Below, piece after piece: positions 30,977-41,101 of a DNA stretch of 64,000 nt. The number at the start of each line of letters is the position of its first letter. Position 1 is the first letter of the stretch. This stretch comes from Thermoplasmatota archaeon (GTDB taxonomy: Archaea > Thermoplasmatota > Penumbrarchaeia > Penumbrarchaeales > Penumbrarchaeaceae): contig JARVGK010000005.1 of assembly GCA_029762535.1 (NCBI GenBank), forward strand, positions 47,685 through 111,684, in the 5' to 3' direction. The notes beneath the pieces were generated by a model that was not told the origin of the DNA, did no database searches, and saw only the letters and a program-made list of their open reading frames with translations. A program made the translations under genes and the position numbers.

Positions 30977-31048
30977 TGGAGAGAGGGAGATTCGAACTCC
31001 CGTAAAGCCGATCTGCAGTCGACCGCATAGCCACTCTGCCATCTCTCC
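30977..31048 (-). tRNA. tRNA-Cys (anticodon GCA), no encoded CCA
   Basis: Reverse-strand cloverleaf: acceptor GGAGAGA/TCTCTCC, D-arm GCAG-AGTGGCT-ATGC (one G:A mispair), anticodon stem GTCGA/TCGGC with loop CTGCAGA, T-arm GGGAG-TTCGAAT-CTCCC. The discriminator reads A, which is unusual for Cys. Confidence 0.75.
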
Positions 31049-31179
31049 GATGGTTTGAGTAAACCTGTATGTCGTTATGATTAATTATTTTACCTCTATC
31101 ATATTACTTTTCATTACTAACAACCATTAGAATATTTTTAATGTACATATTTATGTTTAGTATAGTACTATCTAGAGTA

Positions 31180-32532
31180 CTAGTAATCTAGTATGCCGGC
31201 CTTCATTATTTCCCTGAGGAAGGATGTGGCATATGTACCTTTGAATAAAGAGAATTTCACCTCAAGGGCATTCTCGAAACTTTCCATGGAACCACTGTTG
31301 TTTACAGGGATTCCGATAACCCTCCATTTAAGATCAAAAGGGATGGATATCAACTCCCTCCTTATTCCCCTTGAAGAGATACCTTTGATATCTTTTATAA
31401 AAAAAGAATCCGGTTCTATATGCTCCTTTTCAAGTATTTTCCTCTCGATGTCTCCCATTTCACCATCGGCCATCACTGCCTCATATCCGATGATAAGACC
31501 TGATACATATGCTTTTCTGGCCTTTACCAGTCTCTCCATCTCAGATATATTGGAACGGGTTACGTGAACATGTGTTCTATGGTCCGGAAGGAGATTTTTA
31601 TTCAATGGTATTATGACATCACCTATCTCCGGTGAGCTGAGAGGTATGCCTCTGTTCATCCTTTCAGTGATTATCATGTTGAATATGTATGACTGATATG
31701 CGTGGATGAACATCATCTTAAGATTTTCCGGTAATATTTCTATCGCTGCTATCCAATCATCTGGTTTTTTACACAGCTCATTAATCATAGCCCTTTCGAA
31801 TATGTATTCATTAGGAAAATTATCGAGTGCTTTCTTGAAATCCATGGTGTTCTGTAAGACTCTCCTTGCCTCGTAACCCTTTTCATTCTCTTTATCAAAG
31901 GGATTGCATAAGTAAGAGAGTACGGCTGAGCGATGGTCAAGGTTCAATATGTGCTTTCCCACCAAATGCGTTATGGGTCTAACGCTACCGAATCTCTGGA
32001 TTCCAAAATAATTTGGAAAACCTCCATGTGATGATATCTCATCGATGGAAGATGATGTTATATCTTTTATCTCCCGTTCATTTTTATCTATGCCTCTTAT
32101 ACGTATAAGGAAGTCATTGCCCTGTAGGTCCCCTATGAACAGTGGCTTGCTGGACCTGAAAGCATCAAGGACATAGACATCCTTCAAAGATAGGTTCTTA
32201 ACGAGTTCCTCCGAGCAATAGAAGGAAAAGTACTGTGTTGTTACCGCCCTTTTATCTTTGGTACCGGCGAATCCGATTTTCCTTCTGGAAATACCAAGTC
32301 GTTTGGAGAATGCTCTTATAAGCTTGTTGGTCTCCCAGTTGTAGACTTTGATCTGAGCTATGGTATAGTGGCCATTATCGTTAAGTGGGGGGGGTTTGGC
32401 TATTTCTGATACCTGAAAATCCTCTGGTTTTTTCCTCAAACGACCGCCCAATGGTTCGGTGGATGTAAGGTATCTTCCTAGTCCGATGTTAATCTCCTCA
32501 TCTGGAGGTTTTCGTATTCGTGCTTCGGACAA
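31180..32532 (-). CDS. truD: tRNA pseudouridine(13) synthase TruD/Pus7
   Basis: Catalytic motif IGFAGTKDKRAVTTQ (GxKD with catalytic Asp) and NYFGIQRFG motif. Confidence 0.75.
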   Translation of the reverse strand: MSEARIRKPPDEEINIGLGRYLTSTEPLGGRLRKKPEDFQVSEIAKPPPLNDNGHYTIAQIKVYNWETNKLIRAFSKRLGISRRKIGFAGTKDKRAVTTQYFSFYCSEELVKNLSLKDVYVLDAFRSSKPLFIGDLQGNDFLIRIRGIDKNEREIKDITSSSIDEISSHGGFPNYFGIQRFGSVRPITHLVGKHILNLDHRSAVLSYLCNPFDKENEKGYEARRVLQNTMDFKKALDNFPNEYIFERAMINELCKKPDDWIAAIEILPENLKMMFIHAYQSYIFNMIITERMNRGIPLSSPEIGDVIIPLNKNLLPDHRTHVHVTRSNISEMERLVKARKAYVSGLIIGYEAVMADGEMGDIERKILEKEHIEPDSFFIKDIKGISSRGIRRELISIPFDLKWRVIGIPVNNSGSMESFENALEVKFSLFKGTYATSFLREIMKAGILDY

Positions 32533-32538
32533 CTATTA

Positions 32539-32823
32539 TCATCCCAGTTTACTGATCTCGGAGAGCATATCCCTGTATTGGTTCGAGAGGGCCTTCGTCG
32601 CCTTTTTTAAAGCGTTTTGTGGTTTTCCGGATCGGACGCTTACGTAGAACCTGGGGTCGTCCAATTTTGGATGGTTTATGTTGTAGTTCGATGAATCAAC
32701 GGAATCATCTAGGAGCAACTGGTTCCTCAAAGGGATCAGCATGGACTCAGTTGCTCCCTCGATTTCGAATTCCATGTAATTCTTTTCCTTTTTCAGGAGA
32801 TTTAGTTTCATATGGATCGGCAT
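32539..32823 (-). CDS. rpoL: DNA-directed RNA polymerase subunit L (Rpo11)
   Basis: 94 aa; pattern MEFEIEGATESMLIPLRNQLLLDDSV...HPKLDDPRFYVSV typical of RpoL/Rpb11. Confidence 0.75.
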   Translation of the reverse strand: MPIHMKLNLLKKEKNYMEFEIEGATESMLIPLRNQLLLDDSVDSSNYNINHPKLDDPRFYVSVRSGKPQNALKKATKALSNQYRDMLSEISKLG

Positions 32824-32888
32824 GGCAAAGGTCTATATTATTTATATCTTTTCTCCCATGATACCAGGCATCAAAGAGGTATAATGAT

Positions 32889-33722
32889 ATGGACGGTTCG
32901 ATTGGATCATTATCATCAAAACAAAAGAATCTCGGTCAAAATTTCTTAACGGACAGGTATGTTGCTAATAGAATAATCGAAACAATACCTCAAGGAACGT
33001 CAAAAGTCATAGAAATCGGCCCTGGAAAGGGCATACTCACAGAAATGATGTTGACTAAAGGTATTAAAGTTATGGCCATTGAGATTGATAATCGATTATC
33101 AAGATATCTGAAAGATAAATTCAAAGGATATGACCTCGAGCTAATTAACGACGACATTATGAATCATCTCGATGGTAATTTATTAAAGAGAGGTGATTAT
33201 ATAATATCAAACCTTCCATTTTACCTATCGAGCAATTTTATCTTAAGACTACTTGAGAAAATAGAATACCCATTCGAAAAAAAATATGAATTTTGCGGGG
33301 CGACAATAATGTTCCAAAAGGAATTTGCCAATAGATTATTATCTCACCCTGGTTCGAAGGATTATTCGCGTATCAGCATATCGACGAGATCGAAATTGGA
33401 TATAACATATTCTATGGATGTTGATAGGACATCATTCGATCCCATGCCAGTGGTGGATGCGACAGTTGTTGTAATGAAAGAAAAAGATCAAATGCTACCA
33501 AAGTTTGATGGTCGTATCTTTGAGGTCATACTTGAGAGGTGTTTCGCCAACAGGAGAAAAAAAATAAAGAATCTAATACCCAAGGAGATCAATGGACATT
33601 CAGTAAATATAGAACTTCTTCATATCTGGATCCAGGATAGAGGGTTCGATCAACTCCGTCCTGAGAATTTGAGCATCTTTGATTATATCGATCTCTCAAA
33701 TGAGGTGTCACAGCTCATCTAA
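32889..33722 (+). CDS. ksgA: 16S rRNA (adenine1518/1519-N6)-dimethyltransferase KsgA/RsmA (Dim1)
   Basis: LGQNFLTDRYVANRII and SAM-binding VIEIGPGKGILT motifs. Confidence 0.85.
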   Translation: MDGSIGSLSSKQKNLGQNFLTDRYVANRIIETIPQGTSKVIEIGPGKGILTEMMLTKGIKVMAIEIDNRLSRYLKDKFKGYDLELINDDIMNHLDGNLLKRGDYIISNLPFYLSSNFILRLLEKIEYPFEKKYEFCGATIMFQKEFANRLLSHPGSKDYSRISISTRSKLDITYSMDVDRTSFDPMPVVDATVVVMKEKDQMLPKFDGRIFEVILERCFANRRKKIKNLIPKEINGHSVNIELLHIWIQDRGFDQLRPENLSIFDYIDLSNEVSQLI

Positions 33723-35368
33723 TGTTGATTAATGGTAGATCTATAGCAAACATTAATACTTCGGTCGTAACAATTCAGGTCATGTACCTCAAGAATAAAA
33801 TAGAGTTGAAAAGTAATGGAATAGGAAGATATGTCCCCCTCTGTTATGGAGGTGGAATGCATAGTCCGTACATAGATCATAAAGGCTCTATACCTTCGAG
33901 GGTAAGTGAGATCGGGAGGGTCACAAGGAGAAGGGATCCTTATGAGAGTAAAATGTTACCATCGATCAAGGAAGCTATAAAGAAGTGTGGAATAACAGAT
34001 GGTATGACAATATCTTTCCATCATCATTTACGGAATGGTGATAAAGTAGTAAATATGGTTATTGATGAGTTATTTCGTCAGGGAATAAAGGATATTAGGA
34101 TTATTCCCACTGCTCTTTTTGATGTGCACAATCGATTAATTGACCATATAAAGAGAGGTACCATAACAAGGATCGAGGGATCATTGAATGGAGGCTTAGG
34201 CAGATTCATTTCGGAAGGGATTTTGGAAGAGCCTGTTATCCTAAGAAGTCATTCTGGCAGAGCAAGGGCTATACAACAAGGCGATATCGAGATCGACGTA
34301 GCTTTTCTTGGAGTATCATGTTGTGATCCACTCGGCAACGCAAACGGTTTGATGGGGAGATCATGTTACGGGCCTTGTGGTTTTTTAAAAGCTGATGCGA
34401 AATTCGCAAAAAAAACGGTTCTGATCACTGACGAACTAGTGAATTTTCCCTGCATTCCGATATCCTTGCCAGGAACGGATGTTGATCATATAGTCGTTGT
34501 TGAGAGTATTGGAGATCCATCAGGGATACATACCGGTACTCTAAAAATAACAGATGATCCACAAAGGTTAACAATCGCAAATATGATACTCGATGTTATG
34601 GACATAGGGGATGTTATACGTAACGGAATGTCCTTTCAGGCCGGTTCGGGAGGGATATCCCTCGCTTTGACAAAGCTGCTTGGAGATCGGTTAAGAAAAA
34701 AGGACATTAAAGCATCCTTCGCAGTTGGAGGTACAACAAAATATCTTGTATCTTTGTTGGAAGATGGTTTAATTGGTTACCTCATCGATGGACAGAGCTT
34801 TGATATGGAATCGGTACGTTCCTTGAGAGATAATCCAAATCACGTTGAGATATCGGTCGATCAATATGCGAACCTTCACTCAGGTGCGACATTCACAGAA
34901 ATGGAAGATGTATCATTTCTTTCCGGAACAGAAGTCGATACTGAATTCAACGTAAACGTGAACACTCATTCAGATGGTTATCTTTTACATGGTATTGGGG
35001 GGCATCAAGATGTGGCATACGGATCCAAATTGACATTCATCACAGTTCCTCTTACCAGAAAAGGGAATCCAATAATCAAGGACAGAGTAACAACAGTTAC
35101 GACCCCAGGAAAACTGGTAGATATTGTTGTGACAGAAGTTGGCCTAGCATTCAATACGACGAACGTCAGAAAAGAGGTTAGACAGAGGAATGAGGACCTC
35201 GAATCGTTGTGCAAGAAAAACGGGTTCAATGTCATGTCCATAGATGAATTGAGGAGGACGTCCAAAGCGTCAGGTATGGATATTCTACGAAAAGAGGGTA
35301 ATAAGCTCGTAGCTACGATCCAGTATATAGATGGAACTACCCTTGATTCTGTCTGGAGTGTTAAATGA
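33722..35368 (+). CDS. citF: citrate lyase alpha-subunit homologue (citrate CoA-transferase, CitF family)
   Basis: GMTISFHHHLRNGDKVVNMV, IDVAFLGVSCCDPLGNANG and NPNHVEISVDQYAN match conserved CitF blocks; no citE/citD in the window. Confidence 0.8.
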   Translation: MLINGRSIANINTSVVTIQVMYLKNKIELKSNGIGRYVPLCYGGGMHSPYIDHKGSIPSRVSEIGRVTRRRDPYESKMLPSIKEAIKKCGITDGMTISFHHHLRNGDKVVNMVIDELFRQGIKDIRIIPTALFDVHNRLIDHIKRGTITRIEGSLNGGLGRFISEGILEEPVILRSHSGRARAIQQGDIEIDVAFLGVSCCDPLGNANGLMGRSCYGPCGFLKADAKFAKKTVLITDELVNFPCIPISLPGTDVDHIVVVESIGDPSGIHTGTLKITDDPQRLTIANMILDVMDIGDVIRNGMSFQAGSGGISLALTKLLGDRLRKKDIKASFAVGGTTKYLVSLLEDGLIGYLIDGQSFDMESVRSLRDNPNHVEISVDQYANLHSGATFTEMEDVSFLSGTEVDTEFNVNVNTHSDGYLLHGIGGHQDVAYGSKLTFITVPLTRKGNPIIKDRVTTVTTPGKLVDIVVTEVGLAFNTTNVRKEVRQRNEDLESLCKKNGFNVMSIDELRRTSKASGMDILRKEGNKLVATIQYIDGTTLDSVWSVK

Positions 35369-36751
35369 TCATGTCTCTATGGAGGATAGTTCGCGGACTA
35401 TGTTATCATCGTTTGGTCGAGTATGCAGGTATTTTTTAAGGCATTGTTTGTATTCCTCCATTCTACCCATACGTCCATAACAGCGTCCCATTAACAGGTA
35501 TGGCTCCATATTATCTGGGTCAAGACGAAGTGAACTCTCGGATGAATCTATGCATTCTTTGAACAAGTCCATGGAGAACTCGACATTAGCCTTCATCAAG
35601 TAGGAGCCAGGATCTTGGTATCTATCCGTTAAAAATTCTAGAAGTTCTCTCGCTTTTTTTTGTTCCTTAGCCTCAATGTATATGCTCGATAGCTCCAAAC
35701 CTGAACCAAGATCGGACCACCCAAGTTTAATTGCTTTTTCAAGTGCCAACATCGCTCTTTCTATTGGATGATCATCTCTTCTGAAAGCGATTCCAGAATG
35801 AGCCCATACTTCGCCATCTTCAGGGTCGATATTGATCGCTTTCTTAAAATAGGTCAGAGCTTTCTTTGGTTCTTTCCTTTCATAGAGATAGATCTTGCCT
35901 ATTTGAACGAGGGCATCCTTTGATAAAGGACCTTTTGTTACAATTACCGATCGGAAAGAACTGATGGATTGTTCTTGTTGTCCCATCTCTAAAAGGATTT
36001 GGCCAAGTTCGTAGTGAGAGGGTACATGTCTATTATTTATGGTGATTGCTTTTTTTAACGATTCCGAGGCTTCATCAAAGAGATCCAGTTTATGTAGTAT
36101 CCGGCCTTTGTAAAAATGTGCTATATAAAAACTCATATCTATTGATAGCGCTGCATCTAGACATATCATAGATTCATCGTACATATCTAGATGAAAGAGG
36201 GATAATCCTTTGCCAAGAAGGGCCCTCAAATTCTTATCATTATTTTCAAGGACGATATCGAATAAATCGATCGCGCTTTCATATTTACCAGAATTAAGAT
36301 GTAACATTCCAATATTGATCAGAGCGGTCTCGTTCAAAGGATCCATTTCAAGAGCGTTTTGCAGGTCATTTATGGCCATTCTTTGATTTCCACTTCTAAA
36401 CCATGCTATTGCTCTGTTAATGTGGAAATCAGCGTTAGGTCCATATGTATCTATGGCTCGGTCATAGCTCTGTATGGCAAGAGCGTTCTGACCGCTTTCA
36501 AGGTACATGTTCCCAAGATTGTAATGGATCAATCCATCATTGGGATAATCCATACTCAATTTGACTGTGATATCTATGGATTTGTTAAGATACCCACAAG
36601 ACTTATGCACAAGTGATATTCCAATCAGTGATGTTTTTCTCGTCTCTTCATCCGTAGCGTGTTTGTAGGTTTTCCGAAATATGTTAAACGCTCCGTTAAA
36701 GTCGCCTTGCTGAAGGCATGAGTATCCTTTGGATAGACTTTTTTCATACAT
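35369..36751 (-). CDS. TPR-repeat protein (at least 10 tetratricopeptide repeats)
   Basis: Repeated 34-aa units with the W/LG/Y-A-F-A-P pattern (AIxxYxxAIxxxP...), 460 aa. Confidence 0.7.
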   Translation of the reverse strand: MYEKSLSKGYSCLQQGDFNGAFNIFRKTYKHATDEETRKTSLIGISLVHKSCGYLNKSIDITVKLSMDYPNDGLIHYNLGNMYLESGQNALAIQSYDRAIDTYGPNADFHINRAIAWFRSGNQRMAINDLQNALEMDPLNETALINIGMLHLNSGKYESAIDLFDIVLENNDKNLRALLGKGLSLFHLDMYDESMICLDAALSIDMSFYIAHFYKGRILHKLDLFDEASESLKKAITINNRHVPSHYELGQILLEMGQQEQSISSFRSVIVTKGPLSKDALVQIGKIYLYERKEPKKALTYFKKAINIDPEDGEVWAHSGIAFRRDDHPIERAMLALEKAIKLGWSDLGSGLELSSIYIEAKEQKKARELLEFLTDRYQDPGSYLMKANVEFSMDLFKECIDSSESSLRLDPDNMEPYLLMGRCYGRMGRMEEYKQCLKKYLHTRPNDDNIVRELSSIET

Positions 36752-36769
36752 TCTCTCACTTCAAGATAA

Positions 36770-37510
36770 TTACAGGTTCGATTTTTCTAAAGTATATTCA
36801 ACTCTCGTTCTTTCCTTTCCCTTGGATCGTTTTTCAATGATTTTGATCAATCCAATCTCGCTTGTGTTCTTGATATGAGTTCCCGCACAAGGACATCTGT
36901 CTATATATCCATTTTCTCCAATCTCGATCGAGCGTAGCTTTGTTATATTTTTTGGAACGCGGTCCATGTCTATTCTCTTGATATCCTCCAAATTCTCAAA
37001 GAAGGACCTATCCCTAAGAACAACGTTTACCTTATGTCCTCTTTGAATGGTCTCATTTACTTCGACCTCGATATCCTTAAGGTCATCCAATGATAGATAC
37101 AGTGGACAAAAATCTATGTGGGAACGATTCGTATGTATTTGATTCCCGACGGTCCTTGCACGATATCTCTTCCAAATAATTGATGACATGATGTGTTGGG
37201 CAGTGTGCATCCTCATATGTCTATAACGTTTATCCCAATCGATATTGACCGTTACCTGGGTTCCCACTGGAGGGGGTTCTTCCATGGTATAATGAAAGAT
37301 AGGCCCTTTTTGTCTGACCTCATCAATTTCGATATGACCCCCATTCCAGAAAACTATCCCTGTGTCGGAAGGCTGCCCACCGCCCAAGGGATACATTACG
37401 GTCCTATCGAGAATAAAGTAATTCTTCCCATCATTTCCAACTTCGATCACTTTCGCAGAGAGAGTTCTTACATAACATGCTTCGATATCATTAAGGTACA
37501 TCGGGTCCAT
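36770..37510 (-). CDS. alaX: AlaX-M type alanyl-tRNA editing protein (Ser/Gly-tRNA(Ala) deacylase)
   Basis: HxxxH zinc motif HTAQHIMSSIIWKRY and C-terminal CPCAGTHI (CxxxH) characteristic of the AlaRS editing domain; 246 aa. Confidence 0.75.
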   Translation of the reverse strand: MDPMYLNDIEACYVRTLSAKVIEVGNDGKNYFILDRTVMYPLGGGQPSDTGIVFWNGGHIEIDEVRQKGPIFHYTMEEPPPVGTQVTVNIDWDKRYRHMRMHTAQHIMSSIIWKRYRARTVGNQIHTNRSHIDFCPLYLSLDDLKDIEVEVNETIQRGHKVNVVLRDRSFFENLEDIKRIDMDRVPKNITKLRSIEIGENGYIDRCPCAGTHIKNTSEIGLIKIIEKRSKGKERTRVEYTLEKSNL

Positions 37511-37592
37511 GAACCATACCCCGTAATAAATTATGATGCTGATAGGTCATATTCAGATAAAGTCGTTTCTCCATATCCTGCTTCGAGATAGA

Positions 37593-37610
37593 GTTAATTT
37601 TATATATGCT
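37593..37610 (+). promoter_or_regulatory. TATA-box-like element (ttaattttatatatg) about 40-50 nt upstream of the rps8e start
   Basis: AT-rich octamer tttatata located at the expected distance from the S8e start codon for an archaeal promoter. Confidence 0.3.
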
Positions 37611-37646
37611 TTGAAGCATGGGCCGGCAAATCGGTAGGTTGATTAT

Positions 37647-38030
37647 ATGGCTCTCTGGCAAGGAAGGTCGAAACGAAAGGTAACAGGTGGTAGATTCAGA
37701 CCTCATAGAGGTAAGAAAAAACACGAGATAGGAAGAGAACAGCAGATAACAGTAATCGGAAAGAGGAGTATGAAGAGTGTCCGAACAATGGGAGGGAACC
37801 TGAAGCTTAGGGCCCTGGTAACTGAGAACGCCAACATCTTCGATCCAAAAAATAAGAGGACAAAGAGAGCCATCATCAAGACGGTTATCGAGAATCCAGC
37901 AAATCCAAACTATGTCCGAAGGAACATCATCACAAAAGGAGCATTGATAGATACTGACTTAGGCAGGGCACGGGTGACATCAAGGCCAGGCCAGGACGGA
38001 GTAGTCAATGCAATACTCTTAAGAGAATAG
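37647..38030 (+). CDS. rps8e: 30S ribosomal protein S8e
   Basis: N-terminus MALWQGRSKRKVTGGRFRPHRGKKKHEIGRE typical of S8e. Confidence 0.85.
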   Translation: MALWQGRSKRKVTGGRFRPHRGKKKHEIGREQQITVIGKRSMKSVRTMGGNLKLRALVTENANIFDPKNKRTKRAIIKTVIENPANPNYVRRNIITKGALIDTDLGRARVTSRPGQDGVVNAILLRE

Positions 38031-38045
38031 ATCGGGGTATCGCCT

Positions 38046-38339
38046 ATGGCGCGGAACCGGGATAATAGAATGGTGTTATGGTCGAACTATTTCGATTCCG
38101 GCCTCACGAAGTCTCAAGGACGTCGAACACCTTTGTCTTTGAGCGTTCATTCTCCGAAGGCTGAAGAAATATTCCATTTATGCAAAAAGCTAGGCCTATC
38201 TCCAGAACTTCAGGATGAGAAGAGGCACCCATCATCAGATATGGAAAAGATGGGAAGGATACTTGTGAGATCTAAAAAGAAAAAGACGATCGTAATTAAA
38301 GAGATAGCCAAAGGATTGTTGAAGCAAAAAAAAAAATAA
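38046..38339 (+). CDS. srp19: signal recognition particle protein SRP19
   Basis: VLWSNYFDSGLTKSQGRRTP motif (compare IWPAYFD..SRSEGRR in SRP19). Confidence 0.8.
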   Translation: MARNRDNRMVLWSNYFDSGLTKSQGRRTPLSLSVHSPKAEEIFHLCKKLGLSPELQDEKRHPSSDMEKMGRILVRSKKKKTIVIKEIAKGLLKQKKK

Positions 38340-38392
38340 TGGATTATTGGATAAAAAACATAGTCCTTTAAAATACAAAGGAGAAGGTCATC

Positions 38393-41101
38393 ATGGTTGA
38401 AATGAAATGGGTCTATACGTTCGAAGAAGGGGGCCGAGATATGAAAGAGCTCCTAGGTGGTAAAGGGGCCAATCTTTGCGAGATGAGTAGATTAGGTATC
38501 CCCGTTCCACCAGGCTTTATAATATCTACTGAAGCATGTCGTACTTTTTTTCAGAATGGAGGAAGATTCCCTTCCGGATTGGAAGAAGAGGTTATTGAAG
38601 CAGTAAAAAGGTTGGAGAAAATAAAAGGGTCAAATTTCGGTGATCCTAAAAATCCGTTACTGATTTCCGTCAGATCTGGAGCGAGATCCTCCATGCCTGG
38701 AATGATGGACACGATACTTAACCTTGGTATGAATCCTGAGATAGTGGAAGGTCTCATCGAAAGGACCGGTAATGAAAGGTTCGTGAGGGATAGTTACAGA
38801 CGCTTCGTTCAGATGTATGGTGATGTTGTCATGGGACTAAAGCCCTCATCAAAGGATGATGTAGATCCATTTGAAGAGATCATGGAAAAATATAAGGAAA
38901 GGAATGGGATTAATAGCGACGTAGACCTCGCTCCTGAAGACCTTTCGGAAATAACCAGAATATTCCATGAAATAATCAAAGAGAGGATCGAGGAAGAATT
39001 TCCAAATGATCCAATGGAGCAATTATGGGGGGCAATAAAAGCGGTATTTTCATCATGGACCAACGAAAGGGCGAGGAAATATCGAATTATGAACAATATT
39101 CCCGAAGAATGGGGAACCGCTGTAAATATTCAATGTATGGTATTTGGAAATATGGGATATGATTGTGCCACTGGCGTTGCCTTTACCAGGGATCCATCCA
39201 CCGGCGAGGACGTCTTTTTTGGTGAATACCTAATAAATGCCCAAGGAGAAGATGTAGTGGCTGGAATACGGACCCCTCATCAAGTCACGAAAGAAAGATC
39301 TAGAAAAATGGCAATTGTTAATGGAATGGATGAGAGAAAACGACTAGAAGAGGCCCCCTCACTTGAGGAGAGTATGCCTGATATTTTCCTGGAACTTGTT
39401 GATATATACAAGAAACTAGAAGGACATTATAAGGATATGCAGGATATCGAGTTCACTGTGGAAAGGGGAAAGCTTTGGATCCTTCAGACCAGAAACGGTA
39501 AAAGAACTGCTGAAGCGGCTGTTAAGATAGCAGTTGATATGGTAAAAGAAGGAATGATCGATGAAAGGACAGCTATCATGAGGATAACACCAGAACAGAT
39601 CGATCGTTTACTACATCCGACCTTCGATCCAGAGGCAAGAAAGGAATTATTGGCAAGAGGTTTGCCTGCATCGCCTGGGGCAGCAACAGGAGTTGTGGTA
39701 TTCAACGCAGAGGATGCGGAATATAGGGCGAATGAGGGAGATAAGGTCATCTTGGTCCGAATAGAGACATCTCCTGAGGATATAGGTGGGATGCAATCAT
39801 CAGAAGGCATATTAACTACAAGAGGTGGAATGACCAGTCATGCAGCGGTCGTAGCTAGGGGGATGGGAAAATGTTGCGTCTCTGGATGTGGGAAGATATC
39901 GGTTGACTACTCGAATCGGTCCTTTTCCATTGGTGGAAGAACAGTCAAAGAAGGCGATTGGATCTCCCTCGATGGAACAACAGGGGAGGTTTTCTTGGGG
40001 AAGATAGTTACCATTCCTCCAAAAATCAGCGGAAATTTTTCCAGGATACTTGAATGGGGGGATGAATTCAGGAAGCTTGATATTCGAACTAACGCAGATA
40101 CACCTAACGATTCCAAGGTCGGGAGGAATTTCGGAGCGAAAGGGATAGGCCTTTGCAGGACAGAACATATGTTCTTCGAAGGTGAGAGGATCAAGGTAAT
40201 GAGAGAGATGATACTAGCTGAGGATATCAATGGTAGAAGGGCCGCTCTCGATAAATTACTACCCATGCAGAGGGAAGATTTTCACGAGATCTTCAGCGTG
40301 ATGTCACCTTATCCCGTGACCATAAGGTTACTCGACCCCCCATTACACGAATTTCTCCCACATGATGATGGAGCACAGAATGAGCTCGCTGACATTCTGA
40401 ACATACACGTATCCAAAATAAAGGAGAGAGTTGATTCTCTGAGAGAGTTCAATCCAATGTTGGGACATAGGGGCTGCAGGCTTGCAATAACTTATCCTGA
40501 GATAACAAGAATGCAGGCAAGGGCAATTATCGAGGCTGCATGCGATGTAAAGAAAAAAGGGTTGGAGGTTAGACCAGAGATAATGGTCCCATTTATAGGG
40601 ACAGAGAGGGAGCTGGAACTTCAAAGGGAGATAATTATTAAGGTAGCATCGGAAGTGATGTCGGAAAGGGGCATACAAATCTCATATACCATTGGAACTA
40701 TGATAGAGATACCTAGAGCAGCTTTGGTAGCAGGGAAGATCGCTGAGGTATCGGATTTCTTCAGCTTTGGTACGAACGATCTTACCCAGATGACGTATGG
40801 ATATAGCCGAGATGATTCGGGTACATTTCTTGAAGAATACATATCAAAGGGTGTACTGGAACAGGACCCATTCAAAAGCATAGATATTGAAGGTGTTGGA
40901 GAACTTCTCAGGATCGGTGTAGAAAGGGGCAGATCCGTATGTCCTAATTTGAAGATCGGTATTTGCGGGGAACATGGCGGGGATCCCAAGTCCATAAGGT
41001 TCTTCCATATCTCGGGCCTTAACTATGTATCATGCTCTCCGTTCAGAGTACCTGTGGCCAGGCTCGCTGCGGCACAAGCCGCTATAGAGGATGTGAAATG
41101 A
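38393..41101 (+). CDS. ppdK: pyruvate, phosphate dikinase
   Basis: N-terminal KWVYTFEEGG..LLGGKGANLCEM..GIPVPPGFIISTEAC; phosphohistidine-domain motif GGMTSHAAVVARGMGKCCVSGC; about 900 aa (PPDK size rather than PEP synthase). Confidence 0.9.
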   Translation: MVEMKWVYTFEEGGRDMKELLGGKGANLCEMSRLGIPVPPGFIISTEACRTFFQNGGRFPSGLEEEVIEAVKRLEKIKGSNFGDPKNPLLISVRSGARSSMPGMMDTILNLGMNPEIVEGLIERTGNERFVRDSYRRFVQMYGDVVMGLKPSSKDDVDPFEEIMEKYKERNGINSDVDLAPEDLSEITRIFHEIIKERIEEEFPNDPMEQLWGAIKAVFSSWTNERARKYRIMNNIPEEWGTAVNIQCMVFGNMGYDCATGVAFTRDPSTGEDVFFGEYLINAQGEDVVAGIRTPHQVTKERSRKMAIVNGMDERKRLEEAPSLEESMPDIFLELVDIYKKLEGHYKDMQDIEFTVERGKLWILQTRNGKRTAEAAVKIAVDMVKEGMIDERTAIMRITPEQIDRLLHPTFDPEARKELLARGLPASPGAATGVVVFNAEDAEYRANEGDKVILVRIETSPEDIGGMQSSEGILTTRGGMTSHAAVVARGMGKCCVSGCGKISVDYSNRSFSIGGRTVKEGDWISLDGTTGEVFLGKIVTIPPKISGNFSRILEWGDEFRKLDIRTNADTPNDSKVGRNFGAKGIGLCRTEHMFFEGERIKVMREMILAEDINGRRAALDKLLPMQREDFHEIFSVMSPYPVTIRLLDPPLHEFLPHDDGAQNELADILNIHVSKIKERVDSLREFNPMLGHRGCRLAITYPEITRMQARAIIEAACDVKKKGLEVRPEIMVPFIGTERELELQREIIIKVASEVMSERGIQISYTIGTMIEIPRAALVAGKIAEVSDFFSFGTNDLTQMTYGYSRDDSGTFLEEYISKGVLEQDPFKSIDIEGVGELLRIGVERGRSVCPNLKIGICGEHGGDPKSIRFFHISGLNYVSCSPFRVPVARLAAAQAAIEDVK

